In this document: piece after piece, positions 1 to 10,150 of the stretch
How positions within the stretch are numbered: position 1 is the stretch's first letter
Layout of the letters: each line of letters starts with the position of its first letter
Assembly (NCBI GenBank): GCA_041615815.1
Contig: JBFJCP010000002.1
Location: 173,025-237,024 of the forward strand
Source: Gemmatimonadales bacterium
GTDB taxonomy: Bacteria; Gemmatimonadota; Gemmatimonadetes; Gemmatimonadales; GWC2-71-9
Length of the DNA: 64,000 nt
Direction of reading: 5' to 3'
The notes under the pieces: generated by a model
Seen by the model: the letters and a program-made list of their open reading frames with translations, nothing else
Told to the model about the DNA's origin: nothing
The model's database searches: none
Program-made: the position numbers and the translations under genes

Positions 1-771
1 GGTGACCCGAGAGAACAGCACGAGCTCTTCGGAGGTTGAATTCGACGAGTACTCGACGTTGTACACGAACGTCGGGTCGACCACCGCCGATGCATGGGTG
101 ATGACGTCGCCGAAATTGCTCAGACTCAGATGAGCCCTGGCTAGCCCAACTCGCGCCAGGTTTTCGAGATCCGCGCGGCCAGCCGCGTTGGCGACGGTGA
201 GGGCGCGGCCGAGGTGTGTGGTCGCCTGTTGGAAGAGGTCATTGGGCGACAAGATGGTGGTGCCCAGATTGTCTGCCGTCCCGATCACGGCCTGACACAT
301 GGCCTCACCCATCATGATCAGGCTGTAGCCGGCATATGCCTCGGTCAGAGCGATGTCTTTATTCGACCCTGGGTTGGCCACGAGGCCGCCCTCGAGCCGA
401 TCCCTCACGTCAACGGCCTGACGGTACGCTCGACTGATATTGGAGAACATCAGATCCGCGTCCCCCTCATCGTATCGCACGAGGCGCTGGTTGAGGCGTG
501 CCGTGCCCTCCCAGTTGATACCGGTGACCTGTTCATCGGTGAGCATCGAGGCACGCCAGATGAACGGATCGTCGTACATCTCTCGGAAATCTCCGATCAC
601 GCCCGCGACCATGACGCTGACCAGCGTCGGGTCGTTGAGGGCGTCGATGGGAATCTCCTCCGGATTATCGACGCTCAACAGCTCGTCGGCGAAGCCGCAG
701 GCTCCCATCGGAAGGATCAACGCCAGCGCCAGTAGCGCGCTGGCCCACGTTGTGAATTTGCTCTTTTTCAT
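1..771 (-). CDS. RagB/SusD-family outer-membrane nutrient-binding lipoprotein (3' end runs off the window)
   Basis: ATG at 771 with a GGAGG-like RBS directly after the SusC stop. Translates MKKSKFTTWASALLALALILPMGAC-GFADELLSVDNP..., a lipobox Cys followed by the SusD-type 'L.V.NP'. Confidence 0.85.
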   Translation of the reverse strand, partial: MKKSKFTTWASALLALALILPMGACGFADELLSVDNPEEIPIDALNDPTLVSVMVAGVIGDFREMYDDPFIWRASMLTDEQVTGINWEGTARLNQRLVRYDEGDADLMFSNISRAYRQAVDVRDRLEGGLVANPGSNKDIALTEAYAGYSLIMMGEAMCQAVIGTADNLGTTILSPNDLFQQATTHLGRALTVANAAGRADLENLARVGLARAHLSLSNFGDVITHASAVVDPTFVYNVEYSSNSTSEELVLFSRVT

Positions 772-785
772 CACTCACCCCTCCC

Positions 786-3700
786 TTAGTAGGTAACCCG
801 GATGGACGCAGCGAGACGACGGGTCTGCGGCAACGACGCGTAATCCAACCGCGTGAAATCTGCCAGGCTCCAGAAGTTGACTTCTGGGTCCCCCGTGCCC
901 TCGTAGCGGGTCCACATCCAGAGGTTACGGCCGGAAAGGGTCACGCTCCACTTGGTCGCTCGGAAGAAGTTGCCGAACGACTCGGGAAGCGTGTAGGTCA
1001 CCGCGATTTCCCGCAGCTTCAAGAAGTCCGCCGGGAAGATATGGGTCAGCGTCTGGCGGCTCTTCCACAGTGCAACCTGCACCGGGTCTGCATCGGGATT
1101 GTTCACTTCCCACGTGTTCTGATCGATCCGGTTGCGGATGGAGCAGATGGCGCACCATTGGTAATGGCCGCCCTTGAAGTCGAAATGTGTGAACAGGCGG
1201 AGGTTTCCAAACAGAGTGAAGATGTTCGAGAAACCCATCTCGACCGTTGGAAGCGATGGCCCCATGTACTTCTCATGGCAGGTACCACCAAAGCCATTCG
1301 GGTCATCGGTGTCCGGCCACGAGCACTCGAAGTCGACGGTGACGTCGCCACCGGCGTCGAGGACGGGGTTCCCCGCAGCATCTCGCACCACGTCGACGGC
1401 CCAGAAACCACCGAGGGGGTAGCCTTCACGGTGCCGCTGCACGGAAGCAAACGACCCAAAGGTCACTTCCTCGAGCACCGGGGAACCGTCCGGCAGCGAT
1501 CCAAAGTCGACGAGCCGGTTCTTGTTGGTCGAGATCGAGAAGTTCACGTCCCACACGAAGTTTCGGCCCAGGATCGGATTTCCGGTCATGAGCGCCTCAA
1601 ACCCCGTGTTGGAGACCTCCCCAATGTTGATGAAATGTTGACCGCTGAACCCGCTGGAGGGCGGATCCGCAATCGCGATGAGCGCGTCTTTGGTGTTCTG
1701 GTTGTAGTAGGTCAACTCGATCCCGGCCCGCCCGTTCAACAACGCCGTGTCGAAGCCGAGCTCCCACTCGGATCCCGTCTCCGCCTTCAGATCCGGGTTG
1801 CCGAACTCGGACGGTGTCAGGGTGTTTACGCTGATATCAGCGATCGTCGTAACATCGGTCGTAAACGTTCGATCCGCCGTGAATGGTGCCGGGGCGTTCC
1901 CCGCCTGGCCCCACGCGAACCGGAGCTTGAGCTGGTCGATGACACCGACGTTGAAGAAATCCTCATCGGAGATGACGTACGACACCGACGCCTTGGGATA
2001 GACCACCAGCGAGAAGTCCGAACCGAAGGCCGAGTTGTCGTCGATGCGGACCGCGCCGGTCACGAACAGCCGGTCGCGCCAACCCACCTCTTCCTGGAGG
2101 TAGAATCCGAGCGACGTCTGCTCCACGAACGCTTCGTCCCCGAACGTCTGGGCGGCCGACCCAGTGAGGTTGAGCTGATTCGCTACCAGTCCCTGGCCGT
2201 CGGTGCTGAATCGCCGGCGCTGGCGGGCGTTCAACTGCATGCCCGCTGAGAAGTTGGAGCTCAACGTGGACGTGAGCGGGAATCGTGCCGATCCAGCGTA
2301 ATCCACGGTCCACGTATGAGTGACGGGGAGATCGTTCTGAATACGACCTGCAGCCGCCGTGGCCCCAAAGGGCTGCATGCCCGTCGTATCGATCCGGTCG
2401 AACTCGGTGTCGCGACGATCGTACTTGTCGAGCCCGAGAGTGAGCCGGTGGTTGAACCACGAGAACGGCTGCCACGTGGTGGTGAGTCCGATCGTGGTCC
2501 GCTCTTCACGGCTTTGGTTGTCGTAAAGGTTAGCCTGGTCCGGACCCAATCCACGGAATCCGGCCTCCCAGGGATCGTTCGACGCGCGTGCGCGACCACG
2601 GAACGAGTTCCGCAAGATTCCGTTCGACGCGTTGTTGTTGAGTGGTATCTGCGTGTGCGTGCGCCCGTAGCCGAAGTTCACGGAGAAGTTGAGTCTCTCG
2701 TTGGGCGTGAACTCGAAGTTCGCGCGGCCACCGGTGCGACGATGGAAGTTGTTCAAGAACACCCCGTCCTCGTCGTAGCGATTGAACGACAGGAAGTAGT
2801 TGAACAGCTGACCACCTCCGCGCGCGGAGAGCGCGAAGTCATAGACATCGCCACTCCGAAGCGCCGACGGGTGCCGCCGAAGCGGATCGTCGGTCAGCAG
2901 GATCCGGCCATCGGACAGCCGTGTGATGTCGCTCTCAGGAATCCCGGTGACCACACCGTTGGGCCCCGTCCAGACCACCGACGACGGATCGGCGCACCCT
3001 GGGAACCGGTTGGGATCTGCAATGTCATCCAGCTCACAGAGCCAGAAGTTCGAGGGGTTTCCGACATTGCCCTCGGTCCAGTCGGACTGGCCGTACTCGA
3101 AACTGGTGGTCCACTGCATCCGGTCGGTGCCGCGGGACCCTTTCTTGGTAAAGATCTGAATCACACCCGCGGCGGCATCGGCACCGTACAGGGTGGCGGC
3201 GGCCGGTCCCTTGATGACCTCGATGCTCTCGATGTCTTCGGGGTTGATGAAGTCGAGTGGGCTCGTACCCTGGGCGCCACCCCACTCGGAGTCGACCGTC
3301 TGCTGGGTGTTGCTCTCGAACCGGATCCCGTCGATGTAGTACACGGGATTGTATCCGGCCTCGAGCGACCCGGCGCCGCGGATCCGGACGTTGGAGCTGG
3401 ATCCGGCCGAGCCGGCGTTCTTGTAGAACGTGAGACCCGGTGAGCGGGCCTGCAGCAGCTCCTGCACGGTGGCCACCGGCGCTACTTCAGTGATCACGTC
3501 CGCCTTGATACTCGTGATCGCGTTCCCCAGGGCCCTCTTCTCGGTGCCGCCGGGCGTCCCCGTGACCACGATCTCCTGCAACTGGATCGGGGCCCGGTTC
3601 ATGGCAAAATCCGCCGTGGCCGTCTGCCCGACGCTTACCGTGACCTGCATCTCCATCCGGGCGAATCCCACGTAGAGCGCGCGCACCATATAGGTGCCGG

Positions 3701-3929
3701 GAGTGATCCCCCCCATCTCGTAGACACCCTGGTCGTTGGTCCGGGTCTCCCGGTTCTGTCCAACGAGCACGATGCGGGTGCCCCCAAGTGGTCGCGCCGT
3801 CGCCCGGTCGGTGACGGTGCCCCGGACGGTGCCGCCGACCTGCGCCAGCAATGGCCCGGCGGTGCCGAGCCAGATAGCGAGCACCGACGCGGCACCCAAT
3901 ATCCGGAATAGACGAATCTTTGGACGCAT
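786..3929 (-). CDS. SusC/RagA-family TonB-dependent outer-membrane receptor
   Basis: Signal peptide, N-terminal carboxypeptidase-regulatory-like domain, plug motif 'INPEDIESIEVIKGPAAATLYGADAAAGVIQIFTKKG', 'GNPDLKAE' and C-terminal aromatic residue. Start moved to ATG 3929 (AGGAGG at 3935-3940). Confidence 0.95.
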   Translation of the reverse strand: MRPKIRLFRILGAASVLAIWLGTAGPLLAQVGGTVRGTVTDRATARPLGGTRIVLVGQNRETRTNDQGVYEMGGITPGTYMVRALYVGFARMEMQVTVSVGQTATADFAMNRAPIQLQEIVVTGTPGGTEKRALGNAITSIKADVITEVAPVATVQELLQARSPGLTFYKNAGSAGSSSNVRIRGAGSLEAGYNPVYYIDGIRFESNTQQTVDSEWGGAQGTSPLDFINPEDIESIEVIKGPAAATLYGADAAAGVIQIFTKKGSRGTDRMQWTTSFEYGQSDWTEGNVGNPSNFWLCELDDIADPNRFPGCADPSSVVWTGPNGVVTGIPESDITRLSDGRILLTDDPLRRHPSALRSGDVYDFALSARGGGQLFNYFLSFNRYDEDGVFLNNFHRRTGGRANFEFTPNERLNFSVNFGYGRTHTQIPLNNNASNGILRNSFRGRARASNDPWEAGFRGLGPDQANLYDNQSREERTTIGLTTTWQPFSWFNHRLTLGLDKYDRRDTEFDRIDTTGMQPFGATAAAGRIQNDLPVTHTWTVDYAGSARFPLTSTLSSNFSAGMQLNARQRRRFSTDGQGLVANQLNLTGSAAQTFGDEAFVEQTSLGFYLQEEVGWRDRLFVTGAVRIDDNSAFGSDFSLVVYPKASVSYVISDEDFFNVGVIDQLKLRFAWGQAGNAPAPFTADRTFTTDVTTIADISVNTLTPSEFGNPDLKAETGSEWELGFDTALLNGRAGIELTYYNQNTKDALIAIADPPSSGFSGQHFINIGEVSNTGFEALMTGNPILGRNFVWDVNFSISTNKNRLVDFGSLPDGSPVLEEVTFGSFASVQRHREGYPLGGFWAVDVVRDAAGNPVLDAGGDVTVDFECSWPDTDDPNGFGGTCHEKYMGPSLPTVEMGFSNIFTLFGNLRLFTHFDFKGGHYQWCAICSIRNRIDQNTWEVNNPDADPVQVALWKSRQTLTHIFPADFLKLREIAVTYTLPESFGNFFRATKWSVTLSGRNLWMWTRYEGTGDPEVNFWSLADFTRLDYASLPQTRRLAASIRVTY

Positions 3930-4509
3930 ACACACCTCCTTGTGAGTGCGAACCGTCGACCGTGCCGTTCGACGGCCCAACAACGCGGACGACAGACGAT
4001 CATGCCGTCTGCCTACCGCTGACGACGTTAGCTGCGTCTAGCGCCGGCACGCACCGGCACTCCCGACACAATGACTACCCAGAGTTTTCAGGGAAGCGCT
4101 CGACGTCCCAGCCCTGGAGTGATCTCTATCGGCGGAGAAACCTGCACAGCCCGACTTCATGGAGGGCCGAAGCCGGAAGGGCAGCCAGGCGACTGCTGCC
4201 TGGTCTTCGCGCGACCAGGGAAAACTCCTGTCGCTGCGACGCTCCAAAAGAGCTAACAAACAACGGTCGGGCGTCACCCCCTTTGGATGGAGCCGGTGGA
4301 TGAGCGGCGATTGTCGCGCGCTCCAATCCAAAACCACATTCCGAAAAGGGCCTCAGTAGTGACAAACGCGAGGCACCCTTCCAGCTCGATCGCGCCCGAA
4401 TGGGAAGTGTTTTTCTCATATAACACCGGCGCCCGGAGCCCGCAAGATCGGAGGAGGCTGTGGCCTCAGCCAGGGCGGTTTGCCAGAGACGCACACCATC
4501 TTCATCCTT

Positions 4510-4547
4510 TTCCGGAGCCATCTTCGCGTTCCGGAGCCATCTTCGCG
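4510..4547 (+). repeat. Perfect 19-bp tandem direct repeat (TTCCGGAGCCATCTTCGCG x2)
   Basis: Copies at 4510-4528 and 4529-4547, directly before the RBS of the amidohydrolase gene. Confidence 0.9.
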
Positions 4548-4559
4548 GGAGTTGCCACG

Positions 4560-7500
4560 ATGTCGCGTTTCCTCGTTACTCTCTGGTCCCCCTGCCGTCG
4601 TGCATTGGCGCTGCTCGTATCCGTTCTGTTGACCTCGACCTCAGGAACCGCCCAGGAGCCGGACAGCGCTGGTGTCCGAGACGAGGACTGGGACGTCACA
4701 CTCGCGCGTGGTGCAACCCGAAACATCGACTTCACCACAAGCGAGGGCACTTGGATGTCCGTTGACATCTCGCGGGACGGCCAGTGGATCGTCTTCGATC
4801 TCTTGGGACACATCTATCGAGTGCCCGCGGCCGGCGGCGAAGCCCAGGTGCTCACGCAGGAAAGCGGCGTGGCGGTCAACTACCACCCGCGCTACTCGCC
4901 GGACGGAGCCCACATTGCGTTCATCTCGGACCGCAACGGCCAGACGAATCTCTGGATTATGAACGCCGATGGCTCGGAGCCCCGAGCCGTGTTCAGGGAT
5001 GGCAACGTGCGGGCAGCGCTGCCGGCCTGGACACCGGACGGCCAATACCTCCTCGTGCGACGGGATTATGTGGGCTCTTCGGACGAGGACGCTGCACCTC
5101 CGGGCTCACGGGTTGAGCAGGGGCCCCAGGGCCGCGAGGGGATTTGGATGTACCATCGGGACGGCGGCCAGGGTGTCGCCCTCATCGGGACCGAAGTGTC
5201 CGCCGCCACGTGGCCGTCGGTCTCACCGGACGGGCGGCACGTCTACGTTCAGCGCCGCTCCGGCGGCCGCGACGCCCTCAGGGGGCATTACCAGATTCAG
5301 CGCTTCGATCTCCAGACCGGCGAGCGGATGGACGTGACTGCGGGTGACGCCGAAGGGCCGGCGGCCGGACGCGTCACGAGTGGGGGTGGTTTCGCCCCGG
5401 AGGTCTCGCCGGACGGGCGGTGGCTCGCCTACGCCCGTCAGATTCCGGACGGGACGGTCTCGTTCAAAGGGCATCGGTTCGGTCCGCGCACCGCGCTCTG
5501 GCTCAGAAACCTCGAGACCGGCGCCGAGCGCCTGTTGATGGATCCGATTTCGCTGGCGATCGAGAGCGGATCCAAGAGCCTGCGCATTCTTCCTGGCTAC
5601 GCATGGGCCAAGGACGGTCGATCTCTGGTGCTCTCCCAGGGAGGGAAGATCCGACGAGTGCACGTGGCGACGGGTCAGGTCACCACCATCCCCTTCACCG
5701 CTCGGGTGCAGCGAACGGCTTCGGAGATGGCCTACCAACCGTTTCGGATCACCGACGAGCCGTTCGACGCAACGTTCCTGCGGTGGCACACGGCGTCGCC
5801 CGATGGGTCGAGGCTCGCTTTCCAGGCGGTAGGACGCGTGTGGATCATGGACATCCCCGACGGATCACCCCGTCGGCTCACGGCCGACGATTCGGCGATT
5901 CAGGAGTTCGCACCGGCCTGGTCTCCGGACGGCCAATGGATCGCGTACACGACGTGGGACGATACGCTGGGCGGGCATTTGTGGAAGATTCGGGCACGCG
6001 GCGGCACGCCGCAGCGCCTCACGCCCGAGCCTGGTGAGTTTCTGCATCCTGCCTGGAACGCAAACGCGAGCGAGATCGTGATGGTGCGGGGCTCCGGTGC
6101 CACCGCACGCAAGCGCACGGTCACGCACAATCCCTGGTGGGATGTCGTGCGCGTACCTGCGGCCGGCGGGGCTCCCACGGTCGTGACTCGAGTGGCGATC
6201 CCCGCGGGCATGGGCCCCAACTCCGTTGCGCGACGGGCGATCTTTCGCCCCTCATTCGGTCCGCAGGGACGCATCTTCTTCCCGGAGTTTCGTCGCGACG
6301 GTGGGCTCCAAACCGTGCTCGTCTCGGTGAGACCCGACGGCAGCGACCGGCGAGACCACCTGGAACTCCCCGCCACTGACGACGCCGTGCCCTCACCGGA
6401 CGGCCGTTGGGTCGCGTTTCAGGAAGGCGATAACGTCTTTCTGACACCATTGCCGTTCGCGGGGACGGGCTCCGAGCCCGTGAGCCTCGACAAGCGGCGT
6501 GGCAAGCTCCCGGTGACCCAAGTGAGTCGCGCCGGTGGACTCTTCCCCACCTGGCGCGATTCGAACACGATCGAGTTCGGGAGCGGCAACCAGCATCTCA
6601 CGTATCGCCTGAGGGACAAGTCGGCGGATACGGTAACCGTTCGCCTGAGCGTGCCTCGACGGGTACCCCAAGGTCGGATCGCATTCACCGGCGCGCGGAT
6701 CGTCACCCTCCAAGGCGACCAGGTGATCGAGTCGGGGACCGTGGTGGTCGAGGGCAGCCGGATTGCGTGCGTCGGCACCTGCGAGGCGGCAGGTGCGGCG
6801 CGAACGATCGACGCCAGCGGTAAGACGATCATCCCGGGCTTCGTTGACATGCACTCGCATCATTTTCGCGAGCACCGCGGGTACCGTCCGCTTCGCGATT
6901 ACGAGGTGGCCATGTATCTCGCCTACGGCGTCACCACCAACCTCGACAATTCCATGTGGGCCCAGAACGTCTTCCCCTCGGCCGAGCTGATCGAGGCCGG
7001 ACGGATGATCGGACCACGTACGTTCAGCACGGGCGATCCACTCTACGGATTCGGTGACGGTGCACGGCAGAACGTGCTACGCGACTACGAAACCACCGAG
7101 CACGAGATCGATCGCCTCGCCAAATGGGGCGCGGTCTCGCTCAAGCAATACATGCAGCCGCGCCGCGATCAGCGACAGTGGGTGTCCGATGTGGCGCGCA
7201 AGAGAGGTCTGATGGTGACGGCGGAGGGGGGCGATCTGTTTTACAACATCGGCATGGTGCTGGATGGGCAGACCGGGTGGGAGCATCCAATGAGCTACAT
7301 CCCGCTGTATGGTGACGCGGCGACGTTTTTTGGTCGCGCGGGTATCGTCTACTCCCCGACGTTCGTGGTGGCCGGTCCCGGTCCCTACAACATCGAGCAT
7401 TTCTTTGCGGAATCCGATGTGTGGAGAGATCCCAAGCACCGGCGCTGGATGCCGTGGCGCCAGATGACGGGGCACCTGCGCCGGCGCATGCTGCGGCCGG

Positions 7501-7949
7501 AAACGGATTACAGCTATCCGCTGATTGCGCAGGGGCTCGCCGACATCATCGCCGAAGGCGGCTACGGCGCCATCGGGTCACATGGCGAGCACCACGGACC
7601 GGCTCCGCACTGGGAGATCTGGATGGCGGCGTCCGCCATGGGTCCACTCGAGGCGTTGCGCGTTGCGAGCGCGCACGGCGCGCATTTCCTCGGCGCAGCC
7701 CAGGATCTGGGAACGCTCGAGAATGGGAAGCTCGCCGATCTCTTGGTTCTCAACGCGAATCCATTGGAGGATATCCGGAATACGATGGACATCCAGTATG
7801 TGATGAAGGGTGGGATCCTATATGAGGCAGACACCCTGGACGAGATCTGGCCCACCAATACGCCGTTCGGACCCTATTACTGGGTGGACGACGATGCGCT
7901 GCGGGACGACGACCGGCCCGTGAACGTGTGGGATCCAGAGCGTGAGTAG
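4560..7949 (+). CDS. Secreted amidohydrolase with N-terminal TolB-like (PD40) beta-propeller repeats
   Basis: Repeated 'P.(W/Y)SPDG..IA(F/Y)' motifs, amidohydrolase motifs 'IIPGFVDMHSH' and 'GTLENGKLADLLVLNANPL'. Start set at ATG 4560 (signal peptide). Confidence 0.9.
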   Translation: MSRFLVTLWSPCRRALALLVSVLLTSTSGTAQEPDSAGVRDEDWDVTLARGATRNIDFTTSEGTWMSVDISRDGQWIVFDLLGHIYRVPAAGGEAQVLTQESGVAVNYHPRYSPDGAHIAFISDRNGQTNLWIMNADGSEPRAVFRDGNVRAALPAWTPDGQYLLVRRDYVGSSDEDAAPPGSRVEQGPQGREGIWMYHRDGGQGVALIGTEVSAATWPSVSPDGRHVYVQRRSGGRDALRGHYQIQRFDLQTGERMDVTAGDAEGPAAGRVTSGGGFAPEVSPDGRWLAYARQIPDGTVSFKGHRFGPRTALWLRNLETGAERLLMDPISLAIESGSKSLRILPGYAWAKDGRSLVLSQGGKIRRVHVATGQVTTIPFTARVQRTASEMAYQPFRITDEPFDATFLRWHTASPDGSRLAFQAVGRVWIMDIPDGSPRRLTADDSAIQEFAPAWSPDGQWIAYTTWDDTLGGHLWKIRARGGTPQRLTPEPGEFLHPAWNANASEIVMVRGSGATARKRTVTHNPWWDVVRVPAAGGAPTVVTRVAIPAGMGPNSVARRAIFRPSFGPQGRIFFPEFRRDGGLQTVLVSVRPDGSDRRDHLELPATDDAVPSPDGRWVAFQEGDNVFLTPLPFAGTGSEPVSLDKRRGKLPVTQVSRAGGLFPTWRDSNTIEFGSGNQHLTYRLRDKSADTVTVRLSVPRRVPQGRIAFTGARIVTLQGDQVIESGTVVVEGSRIACVGTCEAAGAARTIDASGKTIIPGFVDMHSHHFREHRGYRPLRDYEVAMYLAYGVTTNLDNSMWAQNVFPSAELIEAGRMIGPRTFSTGDPLYGFGDGARQNVLRDYETTEHEIDRLAKWGAVSLKQYMQPRRDQRQWVSDVARKRGLMVTAEGGDLFYNIGMVLDGQTGWEHPMSYIPLYGDAATFFGRAGIVYSPTFVVAGPGPYNIEHFFAESDVWRDPKHRRWMPWRQMTGHLRRRMLRPETDYSYPLIAQGLADIIAEGGYGAIGSHGEHHGPAPHWEIWMAASAMGPLEALRVASAHGAHFLGAAQDLGTLENGKLADLLVLNANPLEDIRNTMDIQYVMKGGILYEADTLDEIWPTNTPFGPYYWVDDDALRDDDRPVNVWDPERE

Positions 7950-8004
7950 CGATCCGTCGGATCCGCAAGTAGGATTTGGCTTCGCCCCGACCCTCAACGA
8001 CAGG

Positions 8005-10059
8005 ATGTTTTCGATGTCGTCGACGTTCCCCCAGTCGCTCGCCGCCGTGGTACTTGTTTTCGTGACACTTGCACCGTTATCGGCGCAACAAACCACTGCC
8101 ATCCGTCTCGAGTCCAGCCCCAGCACGCTCTCGGCCACGGCAGGAGACTCCGTCCGCTTGCGGATCGTGGCCGTCGATGCGCAAGGGAACCACGTCGATG
8201 CACCGGTGCGGCTCGCCGCTCCGCGGAGTTCGGTCAACGTCGTACCGTGGTACCGTAGCGGCTTCGTCCACGCCATAGCAGCCGGCCAACACGAGATCGT
8301 TGCCTCGATCGTCAATCGTGACCCTCAGGCCACACCGGTGATGATCACGATACCCATCACGGTGCGGTGGCCACCGGTCACGCAGATCGTGATTCACCAC
8401 GACGATGCCCGGCTCTATCAAGGGACGACGCTGCGTCATTGGGCCGAGGCGCTGCACGCCGACGGGTCGCGCCGTCCGGATGCCGCCATCGTCTGGCAGA
8501 CTGGGACGCCGGGTATCGTGACCGTCGACCGGTTCGGATACGTCTCGGCAACGGGGACGGGCGCAGCGAGGATCGAAGCGAGCTTCAGCGGCATTCGTGG
8601 AACCATCCGGCACGACGTACGCCCGTTCCCCGCTGCAGCGCTGACGATCGACGGAGGCGTCGATGAAGTCCGGACCGGCGACGTGCAGCACTTCACGGCG
8701 GATGCGCGGGACGGTCGCGGACGCGCGGTCAGGGATCTTCCCATCACCTGGAGCTTTGATTTCACCCCAGCGGATGGCATCAAAGCACCGGCTGCGCCTG
8801 GACAGGTCAGGGCCGGCAAGTTCGTGGCGGACGTGCCCGGCCTCTATACGGTGCTGGCGTCCGCCGGGCCACTGAGCGCTCGGCAGTCGTTTCGTGTGTC
8901 ACCGCGCGACGTGATTCGGCGCGTTCAGGTGCTCGGACAAGGGCGAATCCAAGACCATTACACGAGCGATTTCTGGGTCTTCGAGGGCTTGAACGGCCGG
9001 GATTACGCGCTCACCGGCTCACGTCAGGCGCAGAGTCACGCCTTCGTGTGGGATGTCACGGATCCCACGAACATCTTCAAGACCGATTCCATTCAAGTGG
9101 ACGCCCGATCGGTGAATGACGTCAAAGTCTCGCCGAACGGCCGCTACGGTGTGATTAGCCGCGAGGGCGCATCGACTCGTCGCAACGGCGTCGTGATCCT
9201 GGACCTCGCCGATCCGGCCCATCCCCGGATCGCCAGCACGTTCGACCAAGGACTGACCGGCGGCGTGCACAATGTGTTCGCCACCAACGACTATCTTTTC
9301 GCGCTCTCCGGAGGTGACAAGTACCTCATCTTGGATGTTCGCGACCTGGACAACCCCACGTACGTGAGCGAATACGATCATCCCAACAGCCGAATCCACG
9401 ACGTCTGGGTACATGATGGAATTGCGTACTCGGCTGAGTGGCAAACGGGCGTCGTGGTCGTGGACGTGGGAAATGGGCGCTGGGGCGGCTCCATCGAGAA
9501 TCCCAAACTCGTGACCACCATCCCCATCCCCACGGGGCGGACGCATGCCGTCTTTCCTTATCATCAGGAATCCACCGGCAAGTTCTATCTCTTCGTGGGC
9601 GACGAGATCATCGGTCGGCGCGGCCTGGCGTGGGAAGGAACCGGCCCCGACGTTCGGATGCCGTACGATCCCAAAACAGGCCGCGGCGGGTATCCCCGCG
9701 CCACTGCGGGCTACATCCAGATCGTCGACTTCACCGACCCCGAGCAACCCGAAATGGTGGCTCGTTACGAGGTGAGCGAGTACGGTACCCACAACATGTG
9801 GATCGAGAACGATATCCTCTACCAGGCCTACTACGAGGGCGGGGTCCGAATGGTGGACGTGTCCGGAGACCTCATGGGCAACCTGTATACCCAGGGCCGC
9901 GAGATCGCCGTGTTCAAGGCGCACGATCCCATTGGCTGGATCCCCAACGCGCCGGCCGCCTGGTCCGTCATCCCTTATAAGGGGAACATCTTCTTCTCGG
10001 ACAACACCAGCGGGTTGTGGTCGATCAAACTGCAGCCCAAAGAAGACCTGATGCCATGA
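8005..10059 (+). CDS. Secreted Ig-like plus LVIVD-repeat beta-propeller protein
   Basis: Signal peptide, Ig-like segments, repeats such as 'GVVILDLADPAHP', 'GVVVVDVGNG' and 'GGVRMVDVSG', with His-containing turns. Start could be 8005 or 8014. Confidence 0.75.
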   Translation: MFSMSSTFPQSLAAVVLVFVTLAPLSAQQTTAIRLESSPSTLSATAGDSVRLRIVAVDAQGNHVDAPVRLAAPRSSVNVVPWYRSGFVHAIAAGQHEIVASIVNRDPQATPVMITIPITVRWPPVTQIVIHHDDARLYQGTTLRHWAEALHADGSRRPDAAIVWQTGTPGIVTVDRFGYVSATGTGAARIEASFSGIRGTIRHDVRPFPAAALTIDGGVDEVRTGDVQHFTADARDGRGRAVRDLPITWSFDFTPADGIKAPAAPGQVRAGKFVADVPGLYTVLASAGPLSARQSFRVSPRDVIRRVQVLGQGRIQDHYTSDFWVFEGLNGRDYALTGSRQAQSHAFVWDVTDPTNIFKTDSIQVDARSVNDVKVSPNGRYGVISREGASTRRNGVVILDLADPAHPRIASTFDQGLTGGVHNVFATNDYLFALSGGDKYLILDVRDLDNPTYVSEYDHPNSRIHDVWVHDGIAYSAEWQTGVVVVDVGNGRWGGSIENPKLVTTIPIPTGRTHAVFPYHQESTGKFYLFVGDEIIGRRGLAWEGTGPDVRMPYDPKTGRGGYPRATAGYIQIVDFTDPEQPEMVARYEVSEYGTHNMWIENDILYQAYYEGGVRMVDVSGDLMGNLYTQGREIAVFKAHDPIGWIPNAPAAWSVIPYKGNIFFSDNTSGLWSIKLQPKEDLMP

Positions 10060-10150
10060 TGCTTGGGAGGCTGGAAGATCGGACGCACTGGAAAGCTAGA
10101 AGGCGCCAGACGCTCCCAACGTGTGGTAGACGTTCCAGCGTTCTCGCCTC

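Noticed and set aside
3930..4500. Riboswitch in the long susC leader
   Set aside because: Only a couple of isolated hairpins; no cobalamin, TPP or other consensus was recognised.
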